DNA from: Eutreptiella sp. 'Long Island Sound 2002'
Lineage: Eukaryota; Protista; Euglenida
Assembly: GCA_964036045.1 (NCBI GenBank)
Contig: OZ038379.1
Location: 29,946,001-30,010,000 of the forward strand
Length of the DNA: 64,000 nucleotides
Direction: 5' to 3'
Below, piece by piece: positions 1 to 11,649 of the stretch. Every line of letters begins with the position of its first letter. The stretch's first letter is position 1. Both the position numbers and the translations under genes were made by a program. The notes beneath the pieces were generated by a model, which saw only the letters and a list, made by a program, of their open reading frames with translations, searched no databases and was not told the origin of the DNA.

Positions 1-246
1 GAAGACGACGCACCAGCCCCACCACAAGAAGAAGAGGCACCAGCGGCCGCGCCACAAGAAGGAGAAGGAGCAGCCCCGAAAGAAGAAGAGGCACCAGAAG
101 GAGCAACCCCAGAAGGCGACCCAAGCCCACAAGAAGAAGGGGATGCAGTCCCAGCTGCCACTGGGGCAGAAGACCATAGACCCGAATGGGAGAAGAAGTG
201 GAAGGCCGAAGTGGTGGTCCAAACCATTAAGGAGATCACTGAATGA
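1..246 (+). CDS. 3' end of an acidic, low-complexity (E/A/P-rich) ORF entering from the left edge
   Basis: Frame 1 is open from base 1 to TGA at 244-246: EDDAPAPPQEEEAPAAAPQEGEG...EWEKKWKAEVVVQTIKEITE*. It contains repeated PQEE/EEEAP units. Confidence 0.5.
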   Translation, partial: EDDAPAPPQEEEAPAAAPQEGEGAAPKEEEAPEGATPEGDPSPQEEGDAVPAATGAEDHRPEWEKKWKAEVVVQTIKEITE

Positions 247-620
247 CAGCGCGCGCTATACCTGGTATAGTGCGCGCCGTAAGGCTCATAGCGCGCGTTG
301 TAAATATGTTGCGCGCGCTACACTGTCTGTGCCCGTGTGGACCTGTACTATTGCACACTTTTGAGACCTTTCAGACAGTGTTTTTGCATGTGTCTTGGGT
401 TGGATGGGCAACAGAAAATTTGTTTTTGAAAAGCAAGGGGTTTTTGAGAAACGCAGGACACTGGAAAAAGCATGGTTTTGAAACATTTTCCGGTTTTGAA
501 AAAATTGAAAAACGGGACAATATAGCGCGGTAGAGCGCGCGCAATAGGCGCGCTATGAAGGTCATATTTTTGAAAATTTGCGCGCACTATGGAAAAAATG
601 CACCATTGCGCGCACGCAAG
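247..620. repeat. Cluster of (TATA)GCGCGC motifs in both orientations, possibly the subterminal array of a DNA transposon
   Basis: Many gcgcgc/tagcgcg copies at 248-320 and 521-615 flank an AT-rich spacer. Confidence 0.4.
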
Positions 621-1155
621 GCAGGTTCATCGTGCCTTTTCCGGACTCGGCCCTTGCGGCTCACTTGTCCCTCAACAACACGCTTTTGCCATGCATCAGG
701 CTCCTCATTTGTAGCCGCAAGCTTGCGTAGGAAAATGTTAACAACATCTGAGGTAGTGGCCTCTTCATCTGGCTCATGGTCACCTGTGGCTATTTCAGCT
801 TCTATGTCATCCTATGGATCATCAAACCCAGGGGCACACTCGGGCTCTTCAGAGTCCAAAGGAAAATGCGAAAACAACGCAAATGAGAAAACAAGACAAA
901 TGCGAGAGAAAGGGCAAATGCATGAAATGTGACAGCTTTGCAATCATATGCAGCAGAGTGACCACCAGATTGAAGGCACTGTGGTTATAAAGTGATTTAC
1001 AGTAGCAGTGCAAGATTTCGGCTGTACCATTAATTTTTAAATTTAATACCGAGAAATGATGCGAACGGTAGAGGGGGCCGTGCCGCAAGTGGATCCGCGG
1101 ATTTGACGGCGCGCCAGGCGCAGCGCTCGATGATTTTGTTTTGCAGCGACACTAC

Positions 1156-2136
1156 AGCACCAGCTGGACATTATGTGGATTCCGGTATGGCGGCATAATA
1201 CTTAGATATTTGAGATCACCTTTTGATACTGCATGCATCGATGCTAATTTTCTAGGTACAAAGTCGTCAGAATCTGGATTTTGCAATTTTCGATGTTTCA
1301 GAAAGGCCGATTTTTTTGCATCATCTGATTTGGAATGCTTCAGTGTTTGTATTGACACTGTCAGAATCTCGAATAATGTCCGTTTGCGGGATTCCAACTT
1401 TTGGCAGTCAAATTTTTTGTCGTAGCTCTTCCTTGTGTTTGCCTTGTGCCATCGTACACCTTGATGCCTAGTTTGACAGTAAGTGTTTGTGACCAATTTT
1501 TGACTCCACTTGAGTATAGGGTTAAAAGGTTGCTCCTTTCACTCTCAGCATCTCATCTTGCATGGTGGCTTGAGATTCCAAGCCCGGCGATTGAGTGGGT
1601 GGACTAACTCATTGAGGCCAAAGGAGGCACAGGTTTGTTCAACACAGTGTGTTGGTCGCTTCGTTCGTTCTCAGAACTTTGTTCGAGCAACTACTTCCTT
1701 TTGTAGGACTGGCCGCCCAAAGAGATTCCACACCACTAGAGGACTAACTCATTTAGGCAAAGTCATTCACAGGTTTTTTTTATTGTTTGCTGGTTGGAGA
1801 TTGTGTGTCCCGAATGCTTGCAAACAAACGTCACCGGTGGCAGATTGCATGCTTAAGTCAGTTTGGTCACCTTCAACCTTCAGATTTTGCCGCCCAAAGA
1901 GATTCCGACCACAATCGCACGGGTGAGGACTAACTCGGTTATACCCACAGCCACCAAGGTTTTATGCTTGTTTTCTTTGCCTTCAATGTTTGTCCACAAA
2001 GCATTTGTGTCGATTTGCATTGTCCATCGTCACTCTCTTCCGTCATTTGCAATCTTTGATTGAGCAATCTACAACTTGGTCTTTTGCCTCTTTTAGAATG
2101 CAAGCCGACAACACCTTCCTATTCGAGTGGGGCCGC
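1156..2136 (+). repeat. Copy 1 of a 981-bp near-identical direct repeat (left arm of the element)
   Basis: It matches 4521-5501 at offset 3365, and identical ORFs appear in the track (1510/4875, 1863/5228). Only isolated substitutions are visible. Confidence 0.95.
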
Positions 2137-2393
2137 CCCACCACCTGTGACATTATAGTTAATCGAGTACGCGGGCGAAAATGCCATAAGTATTATACCT
2201 TTTCTGATAGCCGTGAGTGAGACCTACATCCCTATGCGTTTTCACCTGTACGATATGCGGATTTTACGAATTCGTCGATTTGTGCCTGTCAGTGTGTCGA
2301 GGTGTATGATGCAGGGTTATACTTGCAGAATGTGTGCCAGTTACATGTTTGTATGTGTACCATTCACGTTGTAGTGTGCTTTTGGGCCATAGG

Positions 2394-3966
2394 ATGTCAC
2401 TGCCTCCATTGCCTCCATTCGAGTACTGTTCCTACTACTGCGTCAAGTGCGACAATGGAGCGACGAAATGGGGGCGGGCACGCGCCCTAACAGACTCCGA
2501 GCGTGCCGAATTCAATAAACCGAAGAAAGCCAAGGGTACAAAGCGCATCCGAAAGGCCAAGAAACTCTGTGAGGCACACGGATCTGGTCCTGCCTCGTGG
2601 CAGAGAACATGGGACACTCAGTGTGTTGGGAGGAAGAGGCCTTTGGAACAGCCTGAGGATCCATCCACAAAAAACCCGAGGTGTGAGCCCACGGACAAAG
2701 GATGTCAGAAAAGTAGTGAAGGCTCTGAAAATGTGAAACACCCGGCATCGCAGCCAGCCACTGGTAACCCTCAGAAAATGTCTTGGCGACAGCAATATTT
2801 CTGTATGATGACCAGGACTGCTGCACTGAGGAGGCAGTGTTGGATGGTGAGGAAAACTGCCAAGGGCCCTCTGTCATGGTTGGAGCTACTTGTCTTGCAG
2901 GCATTGGTCAAGAGGCATGTGAAATCTGCAGGTGGTACACACATTCTCAAAGTACCAGCTCATGCTAGACATCACACATACATACGAACAGCAATGGCCA
3001 AGAAAACTGCTAACAAAGTGTCCTCTCGCCAGGTGTACCGCCGAATGGATGCAGTGCAAGAGTTCAGCAACCTGCATGGAGCCAGCCTTGATGGAACTGC
3101 TCTTATTCAGAAGAAGCTGAGTGGTAGATGGGCAAATGCAGAGTCCTACCAAGTGAACGTGCCTCAGTTGGGGACTCTTGAGCTCTGCTGCGACATGCGG
3201 GCTTCAAACTGTCAGCTGCAAGTGATGAGGTCTCATTTGACCTCTTGGGGCCTTGGTAGTGCACAGACAATGAGCATCACCCACCCACCTATTTTTTGGC
3301 TAGGGGTAGACTACTGTCTGCCAGCACCTCTGCACTGCAACCTGGGTATCGTCACAAATGGCATGGATGCACTGGAGTCCCTCCTGGTGAAATTCTAAAG
3401 TTCTAAAGGTTCTAAAGGTTCTAAAGGTTCTAAAGGTTCTAAAAAGGCTTCGAAAGAAGCTGAAGAGCAGCCGACACATTCTTGAGCTATTTCGAGAGGT
3501 CAAAGACAGGTATGAAGCAGCTAAAATGGAGCTGGACAACAATAACAGCTTCATTGCTCGACGCAAATTGAGGGACTCATTTCTGCAAAGGTTTCAAAAG
3601 TGGTCCCATGTGTACAGACTGTTGGCAGGTTCTATTAATTTCCGAGACACACCCAGGCTCCTTGACCTTCTTGAGCTTCGGTGTGCCTCCTTCAGTGGTT
3701 TTTTTGCCTCTGCCTTTCCTGAAACCCCCCCCACCCCCAAGCAGTACTTTGCTGTGACCTTTGGGCCCAGATATGCTGGTATGCATGGCTTCCATGGTCA
3801 TGCGGATGAGCAGCCCTCTGAGTCGCACCATGCTGATGTTGCATTAAGCTATGCCCGTTTTTGCCACTGCAAAAGTGTAGAAACCAGTATGCTTGCCTGT
3901 TTTCGTCAGCTCCATGTTAGGAATAATGTAAAGGCTCTGCTTGGTACTGGGCCACAGGATCCATGA
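2394..3966 (+). pseudogene. RAG1/Transib/Chapaev-like DDE transposase, frameshifted and apparently internally deleted
   Basis: N-terminal CxxC...KKLC motif. SLDG resembles RAG1 SCDG (D600), CCDMR resembles YDEK (D708), PLHCNLG resembles ALHCDIG, and DEQPSESHH resembles SEGNESGN (E962). A frameshift falls at the 9-bp repeat near 3395-3440. Confidence 0.7.
3393..3443 (+). repeat. (TTCTAAAGG)n tandem repeat, about 5 copies, at the transposase frameshift
   Basis: Read directly: ttctaaagttctaaaggttctaaaggttctaaaggttctaaaggttctaaa. Confidence 0.9.
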
Positions 3967-4520
3967 TTCCAGGGCACATGCAACAATCCTGCCTTGCAGG
4001 TGGCATGCAGTGCTGCTACCTGTTGCTCGACTACACAGTGCTGTGAAATGTGCACTGAAATGCCACATAATCAGCCAGTCCCTGCCATTTTTGTTTTTGC
4101 ATTTGCATCATGTGCCACTGATTCCATTTGCTTCTGTGTCCCATGCCATGTGTGACCTGTGCTCCCTTTCCCTCCGACACCTGCTTTGCTTCCCATAGGT
4201 GAGTTGAGCCAATCAGTGGGCCCTCCTGAACCAAAGGAAGGTACGAGGGAGTGATTTGGGAGGTTAGGAGTGTTGGCAGAACAATGGGGAACACTAGGGG
4301 GGAGCATACCAACAGTGGTGGAAAGCCCAGTAAGGAGGCCAATTTCGGGAGGGACCAAGAGGCCCTATTGCCCAAAAAAAAATTATTTCCCGGCCACCAA
4401 ACGCACACTTAGGGAAGCACCAAGGTTTTTCTGAACCACCATGGGTTTCCCTAGGAAAAAGAACCAAGTGCTTCCCTAAGCACATAACGTCATTCCCAAC
4501 ACAAGGGTGGTGGGGTAGTG

Positions 4521-5501
4521 AGCACCAGCTGGACATTATGTGGATTCCGGTATGGCGGCATAATACTTAGATATTTGAGATCACCTTTTGATACTGCATG
4601 CATCGATGCTAATTTTCTAGGTACAAAGTCGTCAGAATCTGGATTTTGCAATTTTCGATGTTTCAGAAAGGCCGATTTTTTTGCATCATCTGATTTGGAA
4701 TGCTTCAGTGTTTGTATTGACACTGTCAGAATCTCGAATAATGTCCGTTTGCGGGATTCCAACTTTTGGCAGTCAAATTTTTTGTCGTAGCTCTTCCTTG
4801 TGTTTGCCTTGTGCCATCGTACACCTTGATGCCTAGTTTGACAGTAAGTGTTTGTGACCAATTTTTGACTCCACTTGAGTATAGGGTTAAAAGGTTGCTC
4901 CTTTCACTCTCAGCATCTCATCTTGCATGGTGGCTTGAGATTCCAAGCCCGGCGATTGAGTGGGTGGACTAACTCATTGAGGCCAAAGGAGGCACAGGTT
5001 TGTTCCACACAGTGTGTTGGTCGCTTCGTTCGTTCTCAGAACTTTGTTCGAGCAACTACTTCCTTTTGTAGGACTGGCCGCCCAAAGAGATTCCACACCA
5101 CTAGAGGACTAACCCATTTAGGCAAAGTCATTCACAGGTTTTTTTTATTGTTTGCTGGTTGGAGATTGTGTGTCCCGAATGCTTGCAAACAAACGTCACC
5201 GGTGGCAGATTGCATGCTTAAGTCAGTTTGGTCACCTTCAACCTTCAGATTTTGCCGCCCAAAGAGATTCCGACCACAATCGCACGGGTGAGGACTAACT
5301 CGGTTATACCCACAGCCACCAAGGTTTTATGCTTGTTTTCTTTGCCTTCAATGTTTGTCCACAAAGCATTTGTGTCGATTTGCATTGTCCATCGTCACTC
5401 TCTTCCGTCATTTGCAATCTTTGATTGAGCAATCTACAACTTGGTCTTTTGCCTCTTTTAGAATGCAAGCCGACAACACCTTCCTATTCGAGTGGGGCCG
5501 C
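4521..5501 (+). repeat. Copy 2 of the 981-bp direct repeat, lacking the first 6 bp (CACTAC) of the left TIR
   Basis: It begins AGCACCAGCTGG directly after ...GGTGGGGTAGTG. Identity with copy 1 ends at ...GAGTGGGGCCGC. Confidence 0.95.
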
Positions 5502-6978
5502 TTATGGTGTGTGGGTCACCAAGGTATTATGTCGTGGCACTTGTGCCGCAAGTTGTCCGACCGCGAACGGAATTGTGTTTTCAAGGATGCTTTGCAGTCG
5601 GAAGATGCCTCCAAAACAAACGCGGCCAAAAAATTGTGCGTGGACTGCGCAAGGGAAAGGGGGGAGACCATTTCACTTCATCCCACTGCCGCACTCGCGG
5701 ATCCAACCCCCAAGCGTAAGAGGCGCTCGTCCAGCCTTAACATTGAACCTCCAACGACGCCACGTGGCTCAAAAACCCAAGGAACCTATGGGAGTCCCCC
5801 GGTTACCCCCAATAAGGAGGTGGCCACGTTGATAGAACAATTGGACGCGTGGCTTGGTGAGAGTGAGGCTCTTGAAAATTTGACTCCCCAAGAAAGCCAA
5901 GTCACCGATTGGAAGAAGAAAGCAGACCACTGCAGATGCTATGCGCAATGCGAAAATCCGTATTGCCGATGCAGAGGCAGTGGTTGAAGATTTGTTGGCT
6001 AATGTATTCGTTTTGCAGGATGCTGGTGGCCAACTCTCTCATGAGGTGGTCAGGCTTAAGGAGCGCATCCGGGGAGATGACGAAAATTCGGATGCCGAGG
6101 ATGATTCCCTCCCTGTTTCTTTGCTTAATAGGGTAGAGGAAGGGTACGGATGGCTGCCTTCCAGGCAACGTGCGGTCGCACAACGTAGGTCAAGGCATGC
6201 ACAACGCGTCAAGGCGCGGGAGTTTGGGTTGTATGCCAAGGAGCAAGAGTTGGCAACAGCAAAAGAAGAAGAGACCAAAATGGTCAAGCAACTCGAGTTT
6301 GCTCAAAAAGAACTCGCTTTGTGCCGCAAAAACTACAAAAAATTGCGTGGTGATCATGTCATGGCTCTGCAGTCCATTCTGGCCCAGCTAGGCATTTCGA
6401 AAACGGCCTATTTCGGCCACGCATATATCGGAAAGTATTGTTGCCTACTTTCCACAATGCCAATCGCGATGGCCATCACGCAGCCTTTTTTCCTCCGTTT
6501 CCCGCGGAAAGCCGGGGAGACGCGAAGGCAGTACAATGCGCGCATGAAGCACAATGCGCAGTATCAGCAGATGTATTGGGCACGGCACAACTGGATTCAC
6601 CGGTTTGTAAAATGGGGCCAAATTCATCAACTGGTGAGTGGCAGCTTTGACTATGTAGAGCGCCCTGAGCTTCTGGAACTCTTGCGCATTCGTACTGCTT
6701 CATATAGTGGCTTTTTTGCCAAGCATTTTCCCAAGGACAAGCCCACACCCAAGCAATATTTTGCATTGACGCATGCGGTTGAATTCTTAGCCGAGAATGA
6801 TTTCTCTGGGGAGGGGGATGAGCAACCGATGGAAACCCTCCACCATGAATGGAACCGCCTTTGGGTTAAGTCGCGTCACTGTGTCCAGCGGAAAATGGCT
6901 GTGGAACATTGCTTGAACTCCATGCATGTTAGGAACAATGTGAAGATCCTCGTTCTTGCGGACAAAGCACAATCCTGA
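5502..6978 (+). pseudogene. Second Chapaev/RAG1-like transposase (element Y), lacking the first two catalytic aspartate motifs
   Basis: N-terminal RKLSDRER...AKKLCVDC is homologous to element X. It has a coiled coil, LGISKTAYFGHAYIG, and TPKQYFALTHAVEF...GDEQPMETLHHEWN. The C-terminus aligns with 3526-3966. No SxDG or LHxxLG motif was found. Confidence 0.7.
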
Positions 6979-8384
6979 TATGTTGAATCCCGTTTTGCTT
7001 TGTGTTTCGTGGCTTTGTGCTCTTGCAATGCTTCAGAATGTAGCCCCTTCAGAGCCCTTGGGGGGAGGGACCAGAATGTCATCTGCAACCCTACCCTGGC
7101 AACATGAAAAGCCATCCCAAGAAGTGAACTTGGACACCACGATGACTCCTACATGGCCCATAAGGTTCCCCAAATCAAAATTAACCCACAAGGAACCCAA
7201 TGCAAGATGGCGGGGGGCATGGGGCAGGCTTCGTATCCGCACGGGGACCCTATAGCAACATCTCTGGGAAATCAGGGCCAAAATAGGGCAAAAATGCGAT
7301 TTTTGGGTCATAGCCGGGCCCCAAACCTTGGGGTAAGGTGGGATGAAGCGTTTTTTTCATCTACATGGGTCCAAATGTTGATTTAGACTCTATCCCACCT
7401 TAACCCTATGATGTCCGCCCCTTGGCCTAACGGTGGGGTAGTGGCGACATGTCTGGGTTACATGTTTCCCTCCCACCTGCCTGCCTCCCTCCCTTGAGAA
7501 CTTCCTGCCTCCCTCCCTCCCACCCAGCCAGCAGTTGAACTTTCTGCCAGTCCCTGGCGTCCTCTGTGGTGCTGAGTGGTGCACAGTGGTGCACATGCAC
7601 AGGTTCAATGGACCACTGTCATTTGCAAATCATCAGCTTTGCTTTGCTTTCTGTCCAAGTTTGAGCATGTGTCAAACGAATGGTGGGGAAGATGCGACCA
7701 AATGAGGTTAAGATGGGGCGAACTCCAGAGAGGTGGGTATACAGTGCATGCCTGCCCATCTGATGTTGCATGGTGGGTTATGAGGCCCGAGAACCCCAGA
7801 AAATGATGATCTTACCCCAGGTGCACCTAGGTGAAAATGTTATTTGGGCAGGCCATAATCCTAATGAGGGGCCAACCTACAAATGGGGTCAATCAGCGGC
7901 CAACCGACCGAAACCGCCACTGTGGCCACTCCTAACATATGCAACAAGCCTAGGTTGACAACCCTAGGTCAAGGGTTTCCCACGGTGGGGACCCCCAAGT
8001 AGGTAGTTTCAAGTTGTGAAGTGCCCCTTGCTCTCCTCTATCCGCAATGCCATTGCCTAATTTTCAGCAGTAAAACAGGTTATATGGCCCAGAAAAACGC
8101 CAAAAACAAAAAACGACGGGCTATTACACTCGTGTTACGACCCGCATGTGCCAATAATGAACTTTGTGTTTGCGTGTTCACACACGCCATAACCTGCACT
8201 TGCACTAGCCTCATGGATATGATCATGTCTGTCTGAGGAGTTCTTGTACGTGTTTGCTCGCCCTTGCAGCCCACACACGCCATAAACCTTTGCGCACTCC
8301 AACTAACGGTCCCTTGTTCCCACTATTGAGTGAGTGTGTGCACGGGGCAAGTGTAGATGATGTGTGGATATCATCCAAACCCGA

Positions 8385-8636
8385 GGAGCTTACCCAGCCA
8401 CGGCGGGGGGGGGCGGGGGGGGGGGGGGGGGCTCCGGCCGTGCCGTGCCACGGTGCCGCCACATAGGGTGTGTCGTGTCACACGGGGCTGCCGCTGTGTT
8501 GTGTTGTGTGAGGGTGATCAGCACTTGTGTCACATGTGTCACCTGTGCCGGCGTGCCACCATGACACGGAATTGTTAAGGGGGGGGGGGGCATCGGAAAG
8601 TGTGCCGCGGCACGTGCCGTGACATGGGTAAGCTCC
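8385..8636. mobile_element. 252-bp MITE
   Basis: TIRs GGAGCTTACCCA / TGGGTAAGCTCC. CGA is repeated at 8382-8384 and 8637-8639 (3-bp TSD). The interior is non-coding. Confidence 0.75.
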
Positions 8637-9999
8637 CGAATATATAGAGCACACATGCATGAGTATCAATTACCGAAGACCGAAACCCCCTCTGTACATA
8701 ATGACGTAGAACATCACCGCTCTGCCATATGTATTGCATTCATGTGAACATCGGTTGAACCCATGAGTTTTTGACAAGTGTCTTCTGCTTTGCTCTACAT
8801 TCCGAATACTGTTGGGATTGGGATGTTACAAAGTGCATTCTTGCTAACCCATAACCCATGTGCTATGCATATCACGGGTAAACAAGATGCGCCATGTACC
8901 TCTTACGTTTCTCAGTCTCTCAGTGAGCCCGGTTTTTGCCGTTGTCCCGCTTGCCTCGCTCCCCACTAATAGGTGTGTGCCTCACATCCCACCCCAATGA
9001 GGACCCTTTTTTTTCCGCTGTGTTTGTGGATGGCTATGTCCCGCGCTCTTCTGTTCTTGTGTTTTAGCTATGGCCTTCTTCTTGCATTCGCCTTTCCCAC
9101 TCACGAGTCCTATGCATGCCCTGCTTCTCCAGTCACACGGATCCCTTTTTCTCCGAATTGGGAACTAAATTCCAGATGCACAACCAAACCCCCACTCATA
9201 GTGGCAAGTAAAAACATGTGTTGCAGTACGTATCATGGCCTTATGCTTGCTTGTGGACTGCTATGGGGACCAGGCAGAGGGGGCGGTGGGATTCTGGAGC
9301 TCCGATCCACAATACGCGCCGATCCTTGGGGGTTTACGACCTCCGATCCATGATCCAAGGTACACAATACCATGGACAAGGTATAGTGAGGAGATAGGTT
9401 GTCAATTGCACCACACTTGAAACATACATTGTATGTCGTATGAACATTTGAAAAAAAAGAAGCATTTGTAGTTTTGTTTTTGTTGTTGTAGTTAGTTTGT
9501 AGCATGGTTTTTCGCTTCATGCCACACAAATATCTCAATTTGTCTTGTGTTTGCTTCCTATGCCTTCCATGCCTTCGTCTTTTGCGTATTGGGGGGGTTC
9601 GGTTTCCGTCCCCGCAGTATGTGCATATTTGCAATTGAAACCATTGTGGGAAAAACACCCTCTCTTTGCACCTCCTCCCTTCTTCCTAGGGTTCTTGCAT
9701 CGAGTGTGGCTCTCAATTTGGTGTTTGTCGGGTGGCTCAATGTCCACTGCCAAGGGCCCAAAGGAGCAGCTGATTGCGCTACACGATGTCAAAATGTGCA
9801 TTCGTGGCTTGGCAACAAATGACGGCTTCCAATATGACCTACAAAATCCCACAGGTGTACCCACATTGCGATTCGAAGTCCATGCACACCCACCAAGCTA
9901 TTCCTGTCCCACCACACAAAGTCAAGGCCACAAGTCCTTTTGTAACTAACACCCGCTTTTGTCGTATCCCACAACCCGTGACGCCCTCTCGAAGAATAG

Positions 10000-10270
10000 G
10001 CAGGGGGGGGGGGGGGGGCACTTTTCACATCCGTGTTGGGCTTGTGTTAACACAACACATGAGGGGGTGGGGGGGTACTTTTCACCGCCTATGTCGGGGC
10101 ATGTTAACACGTCCAATAGGCTGTGTGTTGTGTTATGTGTTGTTTTGTTGTGATGTGTTGTGTTGTGTTGTGTTGTGTTGTATTATTCCTTGTTTTGGTT
10201 TGGTTTTTTTTGTTGAGGGTGCCGTCCCCGCGTCCGCCCCACGCGCCCCCCCCCCCCCCGCATCCCCCCT
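10000..10270. repeat. (GTGTT)n-containing dispersed repeat at the 5' side of the transposase remnant
   Basis: It shares GGGGGTACTTTTCACC...GTTAACAC blocks with 12480-12590 and CCCCG(C/T)GTCCGCCCC with about 11590-11610. Confidence 0.6.
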
Positions 10271-11116
10271 GCATCCCGCTATACCGGTTTTGAGGCATTT
10301 TGCCAAAACGTCTAGATATGTAGAAGAGAGCAGTCGAATGTGCACTTCTTGTAACACGTTTTGGTGGTACTTGTTGTCATTTCTCCGTGCAGCTCAAAAT
10401 ACTCTTTGAAATTGCTCCTATTTCTTTTTGTACTCCCTTTGTGCGGAGAAGCTTCAAATGTTACCAACACTTCTTTCGGTTGGAGGTCTCCTTCACAACC
10501 TTCTGTTGTGTTTGTTGGCTATTTTGGTGGACCCGGGCGAGGAGGTGGCCCCGGTGCTGAAAATGCAAGTGTGCTGTGATGCACTGGGGCGTATCGTCTT
10601 TATTTCCGGTCCCCATCCGGGTCACGATTAGACAGCACGTTGTGGAAAAGGTGGGGTCCAAAGACGTTCTGTGGTCAAGAGCTTGGGGGGGTAGACGGTG
10701 CCTACAGTGGCAATTTTCGTTTGGCAGCACCCTGCCGCAAACCAAAGGGGAGGCCTCTGCCGGCACGTAAGGATAGGTACAACCAAATCCATGCATTTTT
10801 TAGGGCACATGTTGAACACATTTTCACTCGTATTTGGCCATTTGCCATTGTGCATCAAGTGTGGCGTGGCAAGGGCTTGGAGGGTGCATGTGAGTTGCAA
10901 CGCTGCATAGGGCCCATACATGTTCTTTTCCATTTCATCGATTTTGAATTGAGCCGCAAAATCATGTACGAGCCCGCGGGGGTTTGGTCCCACACCCCTG
11001 AAGGTGCCCCTGCTGCCGAGGAAGTAGAATATGAAACACCCGAGGGGGTCATTGGTGACGATAGCCCGGATGAAGGAGATGAAGAGAAAAGTGAGGATGA
11101 CTTAGGCCCAGTATGA
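10270..11116 (+). pseudogene. PIF/Harbinger-ISL2EU (DDE_Tnp_4-type) transposase remnant
   Basis: Motifs KMQVCCDALGRIVFISGPHPGHD, VDGAYSG, APCRKPKG...YNQIHAFFRAHVEHIF are spread over shifted frames with stops. Confidence 0.75.
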
Positions 11117-11649
11117 TGTCAAGACAGTGCCTCCCATGAGGGCGGCGGTGTGCTCTCTGGTTCGCAGGAATGGTTGCGACAAGGCAAGGACCGCTCCTCT
11201 TCATCTAACCATTTAAATGTATGGCAACCACGCTTAACCCGTTCTGAAGCTGCCCGAGTTCGTACCGAAATGGCAGTGAGTGCAGCAGAATTGGACCGTT
11301 ACCTTCATAGGGATGATTGATCGTGCTCCATTATGGCCAACATACATGTCTCCATGTCTAGTGTGTACAGTGTAGTATGGAGTATCTATGCAGCATGGCA
11401 TAGAATTCGTCTCCTGTTGTGCTACCATGTGCCCACGTTTCGGATGCTGCTCAGGATGGTTGTCAACGGTTGCTAACAAGGAATGCAATTACTCTGGGTG
11501 TGAAATTTAGCAAACTAAAGAATTTTAAGGCACCAAAGGCCGAAAATGGCTGCACAGACGCTTGCAACCGCCCCCCCAATTTGGTTCTTTCCCCGTGTCC
11601 GCCCCGCGTCCTATCCCCCCCCCCCCCCGCGTCCATGGCACCCTCGTTG

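Larger units (their letters stand above)
2137..4520 (+). mobile_element. Inner element X of the Chapaev-like family, with its own TIR pair
   Basis: The right end reverse-complements to CACTACCCCACCACC. The left junction reads (c)CCCACCACC, which is the same TIR without CACTAC. Confidence 0.6.
1150..7443 (+). mobile_element. Composite Chapaev/Transib (RAG1-like, CMC group) DNA transposon
   Basis: The left end CACTACAGCACC (1150) and right end GGTGGGGTAGTG (7432-7443) are imperfect TIRs. GCGA is repeated at 1146-1149 and 7444-7447 (4-bp TSD). Two RAG1-like transposase remnants lie inside. Confidence 0.8.

Noticed and set aside
1150-1160. CACTA (En/Spm) assignment from the CACTAC terminus
   Set aside because: The TSD is 4 bp rather than 2-3 bp, and the protein motifs are RAG1/Chapaev-like rather than TnpD-like.
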